In this document: positions 17,380-25,943 of the stretch, piece after piece
Layout of the letters: every line of letters starts with the position of its first letter
How positions within the stretch are numbered: position 1 is the stretch's first letter
Source: a virus
Taxonomy: Duplodnaviria; Caudoviricetes
Reading direction: 5' to 3' (one strand)
DNA: 38,352 nucleotides
Virus record (IMG/VR): IMGVR_UViG_3300005805_000007
Span: 1 to 38,352 of that record
Translations under genes and position numbers: made by a program
Notes under the pieces: generated by a model
The model's database searches: none
What the model was told of the DNA's origin: nothing
What the model saw: the letters and a program-made list of their open reading frames with translations, nothing else

Positions 17380-18663
17380 TTAAGCAGAAAGCTTTACTGT
17401 GCAGTTCCAACCTGGAGCATTGCAAATCAGATTCGCGTAATAACCGATTCTGATCTCTAATGCATCAGCCGTGCCAACTCGTAAACCTTCCAAACCTTCC
17501 AACCCGTAGGTCAGAATGTGAGGAGCTTTTCCGAGCGAGCGGAGCTTCCAAGTGTCCATTTGCAACAGGAATGCCCGTTGTGGGGGGCAGTTTCTGTCAG
17601 GCATCACAGTGATCGGTCCATAAGGAGCGTGCACTCGGATACCAGCAAATGCGATGTCAGCTTCTTCGTGCTTGACATCTACGTATTGAACTTTAGATCC
17701 AAGGCTCTTTTCGAGAGCTGCATAGGATGCGAAGTTCATGAAGCACATATCGGGCTGCCCACCTTCTCGTGCAACGAGAGAGGAAGCGTCGATCAGAGCT
17801 TCTTCGATTGATTGGTTAGAACCATCATATCGTACCCCAGCTAAACGGGTAGGATCTGCGGAACGGTCCACGTTCCAGAAGCTGTCTCCTGGAGCAGGTG
17901 CTACTTCTGGCAACCATGCGCTCAATCCGCTAACTTTCAAGAAGCTAGAGGTCGAGGTAGATCCACCAACTGCAACGTCACCTTGTACGGACAGGATACC
18001 AGCAGGTCCCCAGTTTCCGGACAGTGGGTTAGCAGAAGCTGTGCCACGCAGTAAACCAGTTGAACGGTTTACCGAAGTGAGTACAACGTAGTCAGATGAA
18101 GGAGCTCCACCGACAGATGCGCTTACTACGATAGTCATACCGACTTCGAAGTTTACAACATCAGCAGCTTGAGCTAATTGGATCTGGGTAGCGCCGACAG
18201 CAGTAGAGGGCGAGGAGATAGTGAGTATTTCCCCACGACGTCCTTGACCGCCTAAAAACAAGTCAAGTGCTAAATCGTTTGAAATGTTGCGAAAAGCTGT
18301 GTCCATGACAAGCTTTGCTTCATCTACGAAAGCACCGGCGTTATCTTTTGTAGCTTCCAAAAGTTCGTTCGTAATAGTAGCTAACTGGTAGTTGCTAATA
18401 CGATAAACGAAGAAGCTTGAGATTTGAGGAGCGGTCTGGTTACCTTGAGCATTGCTGAAGGTAGCAGAACGGCCTTGCGGTGTACCATACACCAAAGGCA
18501 CTGGGATATACTTACCTGCAAATCCACTTGGACTTTCGTCCTTGGGGATAAGGGCCAGTAAAGGATTCTTTTTATAGACTAGATCCTTCATGTAGTCATC
18601 ACCGGTATACAACTCTTTTAGAGCAGCTACCTGGTTACTTACGCTTGCGTAAATAGCAGCCAT
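17380..18663 (-). CDS. Major capsid protein (HK97 fold)
   Basis: 427 aa, after portal and scaffold; ALKELY...KNPLLALI, G.YIPVPL, SGL.AW, PDRNCP, Y.NL.C.APG; followed by a terminator. Confidence 0.85.
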   Translation of the reverse strand: MAAIYASVSNQVAALKELYTGDDYMKDLVYKKNPLLALIPKDESPSGFAGKYIPVPLVYGTPQGRSATFSNAQGNQTAPQISSFFVYRISNYQLATITNELLEATKDNAGAFVDEAKLVMDTAFRNISNDLALDLFLGGQGRRGEILTISSPSTAVGATQIQLAQAADVVNFEVGMTIVVSASVGGAPSSDYVVLTSVNRSTGLLRGTASANPLSGNWGPAGILSVQGDVAVGGSTSTSSFLKVSGLSAWLPEVAPAPGDSFWNVDRSADPTRLAGVRYDGSNQSIEEALIDASSLVAREGGQPDMCFMNFASYAALEKSLGSKVQYVDVKHEEADIAFAGIRVHAPYGPITVMPDRNCPPQRAFLLQMDTWKLRSLGKAPHILTYGLEGLEGLRVGTADALEIRIGYYANLICNAPGWNCTVKLSA

Positions 18664-18670
18664 ATGTCAC

Positions 18671-19486
18671 CTATTTTAGTTCACCCTTGAAAGCCGCAAT
18701 AGCACGTGCTCTGCGATCTTTGTTTGTCAAAGGTTTTGACGATGCTGTAACAGTATTCGTCAATGTTTTTGTTGTTATTTGTGGCTTCTGAACTTGTGAC
18801 GCTTCTGAATCCGATGGTGCGGCCTCGGATGGGGCTAATTTGGATTGCACCTTCTTAAGTTTGGCTAAAGATAAAGCTTCATCAGTTAGGTATTCTTCTA
18901 CCATATCTGCGGCTTCTTCAGCACTCAGTAACACGCCATCTTCATCGTATGTCTGTTTAATTAACTCGACTACGGCCTCTTGCGAGTTAGTGGCGCGGAT
19001 TGTTTCGTAAGCCTCGTTGCTGCTAACCAATTGATTCACTTCTCGGCTAACTTGTTTCACGGCTTGTTCGTAAGCGGCTTTTTGCTGCTCTTGAATCTTT
19101 GTGAACTGATCTTGTTGGCTATCCTTGATAGCTTTCAATTCAGCTTTAATTCGTTTTAGCTCAATGTCGTCTGGACGACTATTTAGGAGCATTTCAGCAA
19201 TCTGATCATGTGTAAGACCAGCTTCAGCTAATACTGAAAGTGGGTCAGACTTTAATTGATCTTTCCATGAATTCTGAGACTTAGATTGCTGTTCTTGCCA
19301 CTGCCGTTGCTGATCTTGCAACTGGCGTGCCTGTGCTCGTAAAGCTTTTTCTTTACGTGCAAGCTGAGCAAATCTTTCTTGAGATTGATCAACTTGTGGG
19401 GCTTTTTGTTCAGTTACCTGGGTTTCAGTACTAGCTTCCACAGCTTCAGGCGCCGTAGGTGCCTTCACTTCATTAGACATTATCAC
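18671..19486 (-). CDS. Capsid scaffolding protein
   Basis: Acidic, Q-rich coiled coil with KTLTN and a basic C-terminal helix; between portal and major capsid. Start may be the ATG at 19480. Confidence 0.75.
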   Translation of the reverse strand: MIMSNEVKAPTAPEAVEASTETQVTEQKAPQVDQSQERFAQLARKEKALRAQARQLQDQQRQWQEQQSKSQNSWKDQLKSDPLSVLAEAGLTHDQIAEMLLNSRPDDIELKRIKAELKAIKDSQQDQFTKIQEQQKAAYEQAVKQVSREVNQLVSSNEAYETIRATNSQEAVVELIKQTYDEDGVLLSAEEAADMVEEYLTDEALSLAKLKKVQSKLAPSEAAPSDSEASQVQKPQITTKTLTNTVTASSKPLTNKDRRARAIAAFKGELK

Positions 19487-19488
19487 TC

Positions 19489-21381
19489 CTATTTTATTTG
19501 AGGTACCATTGGTGATGTCGGTAACGGCTCAGGTACAGCTAAAGGAGCTGCTCCCGGGGCTGCTACAGGCATCGGCGGCTGCGCTGCTTGCTGCAACGTA
19601 ATCGCTTGTGAGTTAAACGTGCGAATCATTTCCGCTCGCTCAGGCTCAAGCTTTGTGGGCATATACAAGTTATAGTATTGATTACTAATCTGTATAGCTA
19701 AGTTTAAATCCATAAAAGGATCTGGCGGAGTGTATTCACCCTTTTCAACAATTCTATCAAGAATGTAAAGAATTCGTTCTTCGCCGCTATTAGCAAGTTT
19801 TTCTTGCTGATCCAGGTCAGGGAAGTCAAGAAGACGTCGACCTTCTTGCACACTTACCATACCACTTTGAATCATTTCAATAATCTTCTGCATACGTCCG
19901 GCTGGGTCGCGTGGTAAGCTCGATGCGTCATAGCATTGAATAATATAAGTGTCCTGTAACAAATCAGCTTCAGGAAGGTTTACTTCTCTTGTTCCGTTTT
20001 TGTTAGGATAGACTGTAGTGTAGTTTCCGTCTCTTTCTGCGATATCCTTTGCAAGTTCGATAACTTGGTATGCCAACTCAACGTAGAGGTTATCATATCT
20101 TTTTGAAAGGGTAGCGAAACGATCTGATTGTAAATCGTCATACTCTCGCAAGGCTGCACCAGAATCCAGTCCAGCAGGCTTTTTGCTTGCAGCAGCAAGG
20201 GCTGAGATTCCGCTTTGTTGATAGGCGTAGTCGACAAGTCTTTGTAATTGTGCATACACTTCCGCAGGCACACAGGGTGCTATTTCATACGTAGGCTTAG
20301 TGCCACGGTAGGTGACAATCGATCCCACATCGTTATTGAGTTGAGCTTTAACGACTTTTGAGCCATCTTCTACAAACACCCTAGGAACGCCGACAAGATT
20401 GATAGAGCGGCTGATAGTCATTAAAAGCTTGTTAATTTCTACCTGAGTGCCCATTAGCTGCTCTGCTAAGGACTGTCCAAAGAAACCTAACAAACGTTGG
20501 CTAAAGTGGATAAAGACAAATGGGAACTTATCCTTTGTGTATTCTTCATCTAATAAGGTTACATTGGTGCAGGCGATCGTGCGGCGACCGTCTCCGGCTC
20601 CCGGACCGGAAGGAAGATGCCAACCCTCGATGACCATAACTTGGTCAGACGCGGTTTTGCTACTGTCACCGGCTGTGTCAGGATAAGCCTGTTCAGCTCG
20701 CATAATATCGTTAGCTTTGTCAGGAAACATTTCAATCAGCACTTCCCTATCGACTAATTTCAACTGATACATTTGCCGAGGGTCTCCATAAAGACCATCA
20801 TTGGGATCAACTAATAATTCTGTAAACAGTACTCTTTCCAGGTGTACTTTTTTATCTTGACCCTCATAGACTTTGATACAGCCTGTGCCCAACACTGCAG
20901 AATCCCTAAGAACTTGAGTTCCTAAGTCATAAGCTTTACTTCTGTAAAACTCACCCATAATAAATTGATTTAACTGTTTAGCTAAATTACGGGCTTTGTA
21001 ATCTCCATTGTCAGTAAGAAATACTGGACGGGGTCGAGATTGCGTTAAGCGGCTCACCAGTGTGTCCACACACGATTGCACCACGTTCATAGTGGGGCGA
21101 TCTAGAGGTAGCTGGTTATTCTGGCTTAATTTATTTAAGCTAGTCCCAGCCATCCCGAACAAAGGCATATTAGCATACAGGCGAGAATAAATAGAAGCCT
21201 GTCTGTAACGAAACTGTAGTTGTTCTTTTAGGAACGCCGCGGTAGACACGAGTGCAGCACCGCGCTCGCTTTTGTTACCGGCTTTCCACCATTTAGCTGG
21301 ACCGGCTTCAGCAGCTCTTGACTGTGTGCGGACAGATACAGTCTCACGCACGCTTGATTCGCGTTTTGTAATTTTAGCCAT
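19489..21381 (-). CDS. Portal protein (P22-like)
   Basis: 630 aa; NVVQSCVDTLVSRL...PRP, D.AVLGTG.IKV, FPFV, FFGQSL, QVEINK, SGAALR; P/A/Q-rich tail. Confidence 0.85.
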   Translation of the reverse strand: MAKITKRESSVRETVSVRTQSRAAEAGPAKWWKAGNKSERGAALVSTAAFLKEQLQFRYRQASIYSRLYANMPLFGMAGTSLNKLSQNNQLPLDRPTMNVVQSCVDTLVSRLTQSRPRPVFLTDNGDYKARNLAKQLNQFIMGEFYRSKAYDLGTQVLRDSAVLGTGCIKVYEGQDKKVHLERVLFTELLVDPNDGLYGDPRQMYQLKLVDREVLIEMFPDKANDIMRAEQAYPDTAGDSSKTASDQVMVIEGWHLPSGPGAGDGRRTIACTNVTLLDEEYTKDKFPFVFIHFSQRLLGFFGQSLAEQLMGTQVEINKLLMTISRSINLVGVPRVFVEDGSKVVKAQLNNDVGSIVTYRGTKPTYEIAPCVPAEVYAQLQRLVDYAYQQSGISALAAASKKPAGLDSGAALREYDDLQSDRFATLSKRYDNLYVELAYQVIELAKDIAERDGNYTTVYPNKNGTREVNLPEADLLQDTYIIQCYDASSLPRDPAGRMQKIIEMIQSGMVSVQEGRRLLDFPDLDQQEKLANSGEERILYILDRIVEKGEYTPPDPFMDLNLAIQISNQYYNLYMPTKLEPERAEMIRTFNSQAITLQQAAQPPMPVAAPGAAPLAVPEPLPTSPMVPQIK

Positions 21382-21384
21382 AAA

Positions 21385-21591
21385 TTATAATTGACCGGCT
21401 GACCACATTAAAATATCTTCTTCAGTGTACTGTGGCTCTTGGTTTTCTTGAATGACGTCTTTTTCTTTAAGCTTTTGCTTAGGAGGTATTAATGTTTCAA
21501 TGCTAATAGAAACATCACCGACAGTAATTTGCTTAACGTTATGCTTGTGGCATAACTTCATTAACTGCTCTAACTCCTTTAAGTTCATCAC
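21385..21591 (-). CDS. Small hypothetical protein
   Basis: 68 aa; AGGAGGAG RBS. Confidence 0.6.
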   Translation of the reverse strand: MMNLKELEQLMKLCHKHNVKQITVGDVSISIETLIPPKQKLKEKDVIQENQEPQYTEEDILMWSAGQL

Positions 21592-21596
21592 TCCTC

Positions 21597-22223
21597 CTAT
21601 TTAGAAAACTTTGAAATTCTTCTCCGGGCCATAATCTTTTCAAGACGCTTCTTAGGATTGTATTCCATGCTATCATGAAAAGAACTGGTTTCGCCTTCTC
21701 CGTGTTCTTCTTCCTCTACATCAGGGTCAAACTCTACGTGGTGATTAGATGTCATTTCGCCATAAGGATCGGCTAAAAATTCATCACTATGCCAACTATT
21801 GCCCATTGGCTCGTTTTCAAGTTCATCAATATAATCAGGTCGGCTAACGTGTACATCTACTTCGCCTTCCATTGATTCTGGGTCCATCACTTCCCCACCT
21901 TCAGCATAACATCCCATATCGCAGTGAACTGGTCCACCGTGAGCGCACATCACTTCGCCACCTTTTGCAAAGCCAGAAGATTTTTTAAAAGCTTTGTACT
22001 TTTCTTCATCAATCTTGGGCATAGGATTTTTAGCGCCATCTGGATGAAGCTTTTTATTCATAGGCTCTTTTTTAACCATTCCGCCATCAGCCATTTTTTT
22101 CATGGCTTTACGTCTAACTGAATAAGCGATAGCAGCGGCTTGTTTAGGATCTTTGCCGTGCTCAATCTCCGTCTTAATGTTTTCTTGTAAAGTCTTTTTA
22201 GATTTACCGTATTTCAATGGCAT
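21597..22223 (-). CDS. Modular head-associated protein: basic N-terminal module, four xAxGG tags, acidic His-rich region
   Basis: ATG at 22223 ([29 protein letters not shown]) with AAAGGA RBS; between terminase and portal. Confidence 0.65.
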   Translation of the reverse strand: MPLKYGKSKKTLQENIKTEIEHGKDPKQAAAIAYSVRRKAMKKMADGGMVKKEPMNKKLHPDGAKNPMPKIDEEKYKAFKKSSGFAKGGEVMCAHGGPVHCDMGCYAEGGEVMDPESMEGEVDVHVSRPDYIDELENEPMGNSWHSDEFLADPYGEMTSNHHVEFDPDVEEEEHGEGETSSFHDSMEYNPKKRLEKIMARRRISKFSK

Positions 22224-22280
22224 TTTATATCCTTTTATCAATAGCTTAATTAGCTATCTAAACTGCTTGACCAAACACAG

Positions 22281-23699
22281 TTACCATCCAAAGTCATCGT
22301 TTTTATTAGCATTCTCAAGGCTTTTAAAGTATTCCTCAGCCTGGGCTTCCATACGGGCAATTTCTTCCATTTGCCACTCTTTTGAGCCATAAACTAATGT
22401 TTTTTGCTTTTTACTGTGAGTATATGCGTAGCTTTCTCGCCAAGCGTAAAGTAACGATTCGCACACGTCAGAGTGGAACCGTCGACTGATTACACGTTTA
22501 TCGGGCGTGCTCTTGTCTAAATCCCATTCCACCTTCATACAGTCACTTGCGAATATACTATCAGATTTAGCCTTTAATTGTCCAGTACGCATCGCATCAT
22601 TAAGTAGTTCAATATATTCTATTTTTCTAACCTTCTCCGCAGGCGTAACAGATATCTTATAACGTTTTGATATTTCTTCAGAAATCTTTTTACCCAAGCC
22701 GCCTGTGTCAACTACGATTTTACTTATATCGTATTGCATACGTAACGTTTCAATTTGATTAACTAATTCTGTTATTCCTTGGTGTTTCGTGACAATTTCT
22801 TCCACCAAGTACGTAGAAGTGCTATCTTCGCTCCAAGCAAGAACGCATAAAGCATCAGCATCGTTGTAACCAAGGTCCACCCCCAGTATGTAGTTCCACT
22901 TAGCGGGCGGAAGCTCATCGTAATCGTTTACGGTTTTATTGTAGTGATACACCAAAGAATCTGTATCAAGAATCCATTTACCGAACCACTCTCGTTGAAT
23001 GCTGGGATGATCGGCCATTACACCGCGTCGTTTTAATTCTTGTTCAAAGACTTCTTTGTGAGACATTCCTGATTTTTGTTCGATGTGCGGATTATCCCAA
23101 AACCCCCAAGAATGCTGTGACCAACTCCTAGAACGACTAATGTCATAAAACCAGCCAGAAGGAATAGGCCCGGGAGTGCCGATAGCGCAAATAGTACCTG
23201 CATGATCCAAAAGAGCGGGACCAATGATGTCATTTACAAGCTCCTCGATAAAAGAAGGGAATGATTGACACTCATCAATGTACACCTTCTTGATTGCTAA
23301 ACCTCTAAACTTTTCTATCTCAGATTTATCAGCTGCTCCTGTACAATAAATAGTAGACCCCGATGGAAATGTAACAGACAATTCGGATGAGTTGAAAACG
23401 CCTCCAAGATTGAACTGTCGATTTATCTTTTTTAGTTCGGGCCATACAATCCTTTTAGCATTACTTCTAGATAATGTTATGTAAATGCAAATAACGTCAA
23501 TATTGTTTACAGCTGTGTAAACTAAATCAGCAGCACAAGAAACGGTTTTACCGGCTCTACGTGTAGTCACTGCAACCTTAAATCTACTATTATCTGAAAC
23601 AAAAGACAATTGTTCTTTAAACAAAAATTCTTCGAGCTTGAAAGGCTTTTCCTTTCTTTTCTTTAGCTCAGATAAAACGTCTTTAAGATTTGGGTCCAT
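22281..23699 (-). CDS. terL: Terminase large subunit
   Basis: Walker A TTRRAGKT, Walker B VYIDECQ, motif III GTPG, nuclease LGVDLG, HSD near the C-terminus. Confidence 0.92.
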   Translation of the reverse strand: MDPNLKDVLSELKKRKEKPFKLEEFLFKEQLSFVSDNSRFKVAVTTRRAGKTVSCAADLVYTAVNNIDVICIYITLSRSNAKRIVWPELKKINRQFNLGGVFNSSELSVTFPSGSTIYCTGAADKSEIEKFRGLAIKKVYIDECQSFPSFIEELVNDIIGPALLDHAGTICAIGTPGPIPSGWFYDISRSRSWSQHSWGFWDNPHIEQKSGMSHKEVFEQELKRRGVMADHPSIQREWFGKWILDTDSLVYHYNKTVNDYDELPPAKWNYILGVDLGYNDADALCVLAWSEDSTSTYLVEEIVTKHQGITELVNQIETLRMQYDISKIVVDTGGLGKKISEEISKRYKISVTPAEKVRKIEYIELLNDAMRTGQLKAKSDSIFASDCMKVEWDLDKSTPDKRVISRRFHSDVCESLLYAWRESYAYTHSKKQKTLVYGSKEWQMEEIARMEAQAEEYFKSLENANKNDDFGW

Positions 23700-23928
23700 T
23701 TAATAATTCTTCTGCTAATTTCTTCAGTTCATCTTCTGACACTGAAGCAAGTTCTTCTTTCTTTTCTTTCTGTGCCTTGGACAGATCAGATAAAAGTTTT
23801 ACATAAGCTACAAGATCCCTTGCAGACTTATCAGAAAGCTTACGATTGGATACTTCCAAATAAATATGGTTAATATCTTTTTTTACTGCATCGCTAGCTT
23901 TCTTTAAAAGCTTACTCAGATCTTCCAT
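23683..23928 (-). CDS. Hypothetical protein, possible terminase small subunit
   Basis: 81 aa, helical, ends LASVSEDELKKLAEELL; overlaps the terL start. Confidence 0.4.
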   Translation of the reverse strand: MEDLSKLLKKASDAVKKDINHIYLEVSNRKLSDKSARDLVAYVKLLSDLSKAQKEKKEELASVSEDELKKLAEELLNGPKS

Positions 23929-24133
23929 CTAAATCCTCATTATCTAAAATGATAGACAGAACGTTACTCATGGGTACAAAAGTGTGAATACCGTTATCAG
24001 AAATAACTACTCCGTGATCACCAACTTGCATTTGAGCTGTGGGATACTTTTCAGGTACGATTGACACAGTGCCTAGAATTTTAGTGCCTGGGATTGTAAT
24101 TGCTTGTTTTAGGTGTAATACTTTAGCTCTCAT
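23912..24133 (-). CDS. Hypothetical protein
   Basis: 73 aa; AGGAG RBS; overlapping operon organisation. Confidence 0.6.
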   Translation of the reverse strand: MRAKVLHLKQAITIPGTKILGTVSIVPEKYPTAQMQVGDHGVVISDNGIHTFVPMSNVLSIILDNEDLDGRSE

Positions 24134-24141
24134 CTTTTCTC

Positions 24142-24537
24142 CTATATAAATGGATCAAATGTCCATTCCTTTGGTTTTATCGATCTTCCTACTTTTGTTA
24201 AATGTGTACAATTAGTAATACCTTTAGGCAATAGCATCCTGGCAATACCCATCTTACGCCATGCTTTTTTAACAAAAATCCAATCTAGGTTTTCTCCACG
24301 AAAACAAACATATCCTAAAATAACATCTTCATCGTCAGCTAAGCATGCAACTCTAACTTCACATTTAGGTATAAGGCGTTCTAGTACTACTTTATAATTT
24401 CTAAAAAATGATTCTTTTTTAATGCGACCAAACCAATCGCATCCATGGTATAAACCTAATAGCCAAGTCGAGTAAATAAGTGGTAAATCTTCTGACTTGA
24501 TGCTTCTAATTTGAATCGTACTTGATGTAACTTGCAT
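24142..24537 (-). CDS. GNAT family acetyltransferase
   Basis: ILGYV, then LDWIFVKKAWRKMGIARMLL (acetyl-CoA-binding motif A, R..G.A). Confidence 0.8.
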   Translation of the reverse strand: MQVTSSTIQIRSIKSEDLPLIYSTWLLGLYHGCDWFGRIKKESFFRNYKVVLERLIPKCEVRVACLADDEDVILGYVCFRGENLDWIFVKKAWRKMGIARMLLPKGITNCTHLTKVGRSIKPKEWTFDPFI

Positions 24538-24865
24538 ACTTCTTAATAATTTTACTTACCCAATTATGGTGTAAGTTTACCTTCTTAGCTATTTCTCTTT
24601 GAGACACTCCCTTTGTATGAAGCTCCCAGATTTTCTTATCTCTTTTACTTTTAAACTTAAAGTCGTTTAACAACTGTCCAGCAAGCTCGTAGTATCTTTG
24701 CCTTTCAGAAAAAGTGTCAGGGGAGAAATATCTTTGAAACTCGATGCTGTCCCAATGAAGTAAAGGCTCCCCTGATACAAATACATTTTCCAGATCTTTA
24801 AATCCGGTACGAGCTAATTTGTTATACCACTTCTTTTGAAGCTTCTGTAGTTGCTTCTTTTCCAT
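24506..24865 (-). CDS. HTH DNA-binding protein (sigma region 4/LuxR-like C-terminus), possible late regulator
   Basis: RDKKIWELHTKGVSQREIAKKVNLHHNWVSKIIKK. Confidence 0.65.
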   Translation of the reverse strand: MEKKQLQKLQKKWYNKLARTGFKDLENVFVSGEPLLHWDSIEFQRYFSPDTFSERQRYYELAGQLLNDFKFKSKRDKKIWELHTKGVSQREIAKKVNLHHNWVSKIIKKYASYIKYDSN

Positions 24866-25130
24866 TGTCTTGCTCTTTCTTAGGTGCTTTATCTGGATGC
24901 ATTAAGTAAAAGGCCAACTCGTTAGCTCTGGCTTTTCTCATCATACGTCCCAACAAATCTGGGTCGAATGAATCGTTATCCTGAGGCAAATGTTGAATAA
25001 AAGCCGCAAACAATTTTTTACCGTCTTGGTCTACTGGAAATCCTTGAGACTGTAAAAAAGCTTCAGCTTGTTCAGCAAAACCTTCAGGCGTAAGGGCGAT
25101 CTTAATCAGTTTGGGCTTGCGAAGCAGCAT
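24822..25130 (-). CDS. Hypothetical protein
   Basis: 102 aa; AAGGAG RBS. Confidence 0.6.
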   Translation of the reverse strand: MLLRKPKLIKIALTPEGFAEQAEAFLQSQGFPVDQDGKKLFAAFIQHLPQDNDSFDPDLLGRMMRKARANELAFYLMHPDKAPKKEQDNGKEATTEASKEVV

Positions 25131-25368
25131 CGGAAGTCTCCTTGGGTTCTTCTTTTTGAGATTGTTTCAACTCTACAAATTCTTTATTCACAGCAAGAAT
25201 TCGATTGTTGATCTCATGTAACCCAGATTTTAATTGCTCAAGTTGATACTGTAGTTCCCCCGCACGTGTGCAAAGATCTACGTAGTCTTTCTTGATCACT
25301 TCTTCACTTCTCATTGGCTTTACTCCTTTTGCTTTTAGCGCTCTGCGCATTTTTCTATTCAACTTCAT
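25102..25368 (-). CDS. Coiled-coil hypothetical protein, probably leaderless (starts MKLNRKMRR)
   Basis: ATG at 25368 lies 7 nt after a TATAAT box. Confidence 0.6.
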   Translation of the reverse strand: MKLNRKMRRALKAKGVKPMRSEEVIKKDYVDLCTRAGELQYQLEQLKSGLHEINNRILAVNKEFVELKQSQKEEPKETSDAASQAQTD

Positions 25369-25375
25369 GTATAGC

Positions 25376-25404
25376 ATTATACCACAAGAACACTTGACTG
25401 TCAA
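25376..25404 (-). promoter_or_regulatory. Consensus sigma70 promoter TTGACA-17-(TGG)TATAAT, leftward
   Basis: tgtcaa at 25399-25404, attata at 25376-25381. Confidence 0.85.
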
Positions 25405-25422
25405 GCTTTTTTGTCATATAAT
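25394..25422 (+). promoter_or_regulatory. sigma70 promoter TTGACT-17-TATAAT, rightward; its -35 is interlocked with the leftward promoter
   Basis: TTGACT at 25394-25399, TATAAT at 25417-25422. Confidence 0.75.
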
Positions 25423-25435
25423 ATAACTTATACTA

Positions 25436-25471
25436 ACGCCACGCTTATAGTATATACTATACTTGTGGCGT
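25436..25471. repeat. 36-bp inverted repeat with perfect 16-bp core
   Basis: ACGCCAC-gct-TATAGTATATACTATA-ctt-GTGGCGT. Confidence 0.85.
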
Positions 25472-25493
25472 ATTACTTAGCCACATGTAAGCT

Positions 25494-25522
25494 ATTATAC
25501 CTGACTATTTTATGCTTGTCAA
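25494..25522 (-). promoter_or_regulatory. Second leftward consensus sigma70 promoter TTGACA-17-TATAAT
   Basis: tgtcaa at 25517-25522, attata at 25494-25499. Confidence 0.8.
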
Positions 25523-25579
25523 GCACTTTTTTGTAAGTTATTGATTTTATTATAAACAAAACACTTGACAAGAAATTTA

Positions 25580-25608
25580 TTGATTATGTAATTTTTGTAT
25601 GGTATAGT
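25580..25608 (+). promoter_or_regulatory. sigma70 promoter TTGATT-17-(TGG)TATAGT
   Basis: Directly upstream of the AGGAGGT RBS of 25629. Confidence 0.6.
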
Positions 25609-25628
25609 GTAACAAATAGGAGGTAAGT

Positions 25629-25910
25629 ATGGATTTTGGCGTAGCTAAAATTATTGATTGGAATGGCGAAGAAGGTTTGTTAGAGGATGAACAGGGAGAA
25701 GTGATTCGTTTTACCTACGAAGACATCAGCCCACGTGATCTTGATTACGTGTCAGTAGGCACTGTGGTAATTGTAACAGAATCTGGCTTTTTAGAGCTTA
25801 CGTCTCAAGCATTTCCGCACTATTCTGAAAGCGACACTGATCAGATGAAATGCGTGCATATGGACGTAAACAACGGTTTCTGCCAGGATTGCGGTGAAAA
25901 AGCAGATTGA
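25629..25910 (+). CDS. Acidic protein with cold-shock-like OB fold and C-terminal CxH...CxxC
   Basis: GVAKIIDWNGEEGLLEDEQGEVIRFTYEDI...VSVGTVV resembles the cold-shock domain layout; strong RBS. Confidence 0.45.
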   Translation: MDFGVAKIIDWNGEEGLLEDEQGEVIRFTYEDISPRDLDYVSVGTVVIVTESGFLELTSQAFPHYSESDTDQMKCVHMDVNNGFCQDCGEKAD

Positions 25911-25935
25911 CTTTTTTTTGCACTTGTGGTATAAT
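25907..25935 (+). promoter_or_regulatory. sigma70 promoter TTGACT-17-(TGG)TATAAT, giving a leaderless transcript
   Basis: ATG at 25944 is 8 nt after the -10 box, with no SD. Confidence 0.75.
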
Positions 25936-25943
25936 GCCTTTAT

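Noticed and set aside
25436-25471. Protelomerase telRL site of a linear plasmid-phage
   Set aside because: No tyrosine recombinase/protelomerase or partition genes are recognisable.
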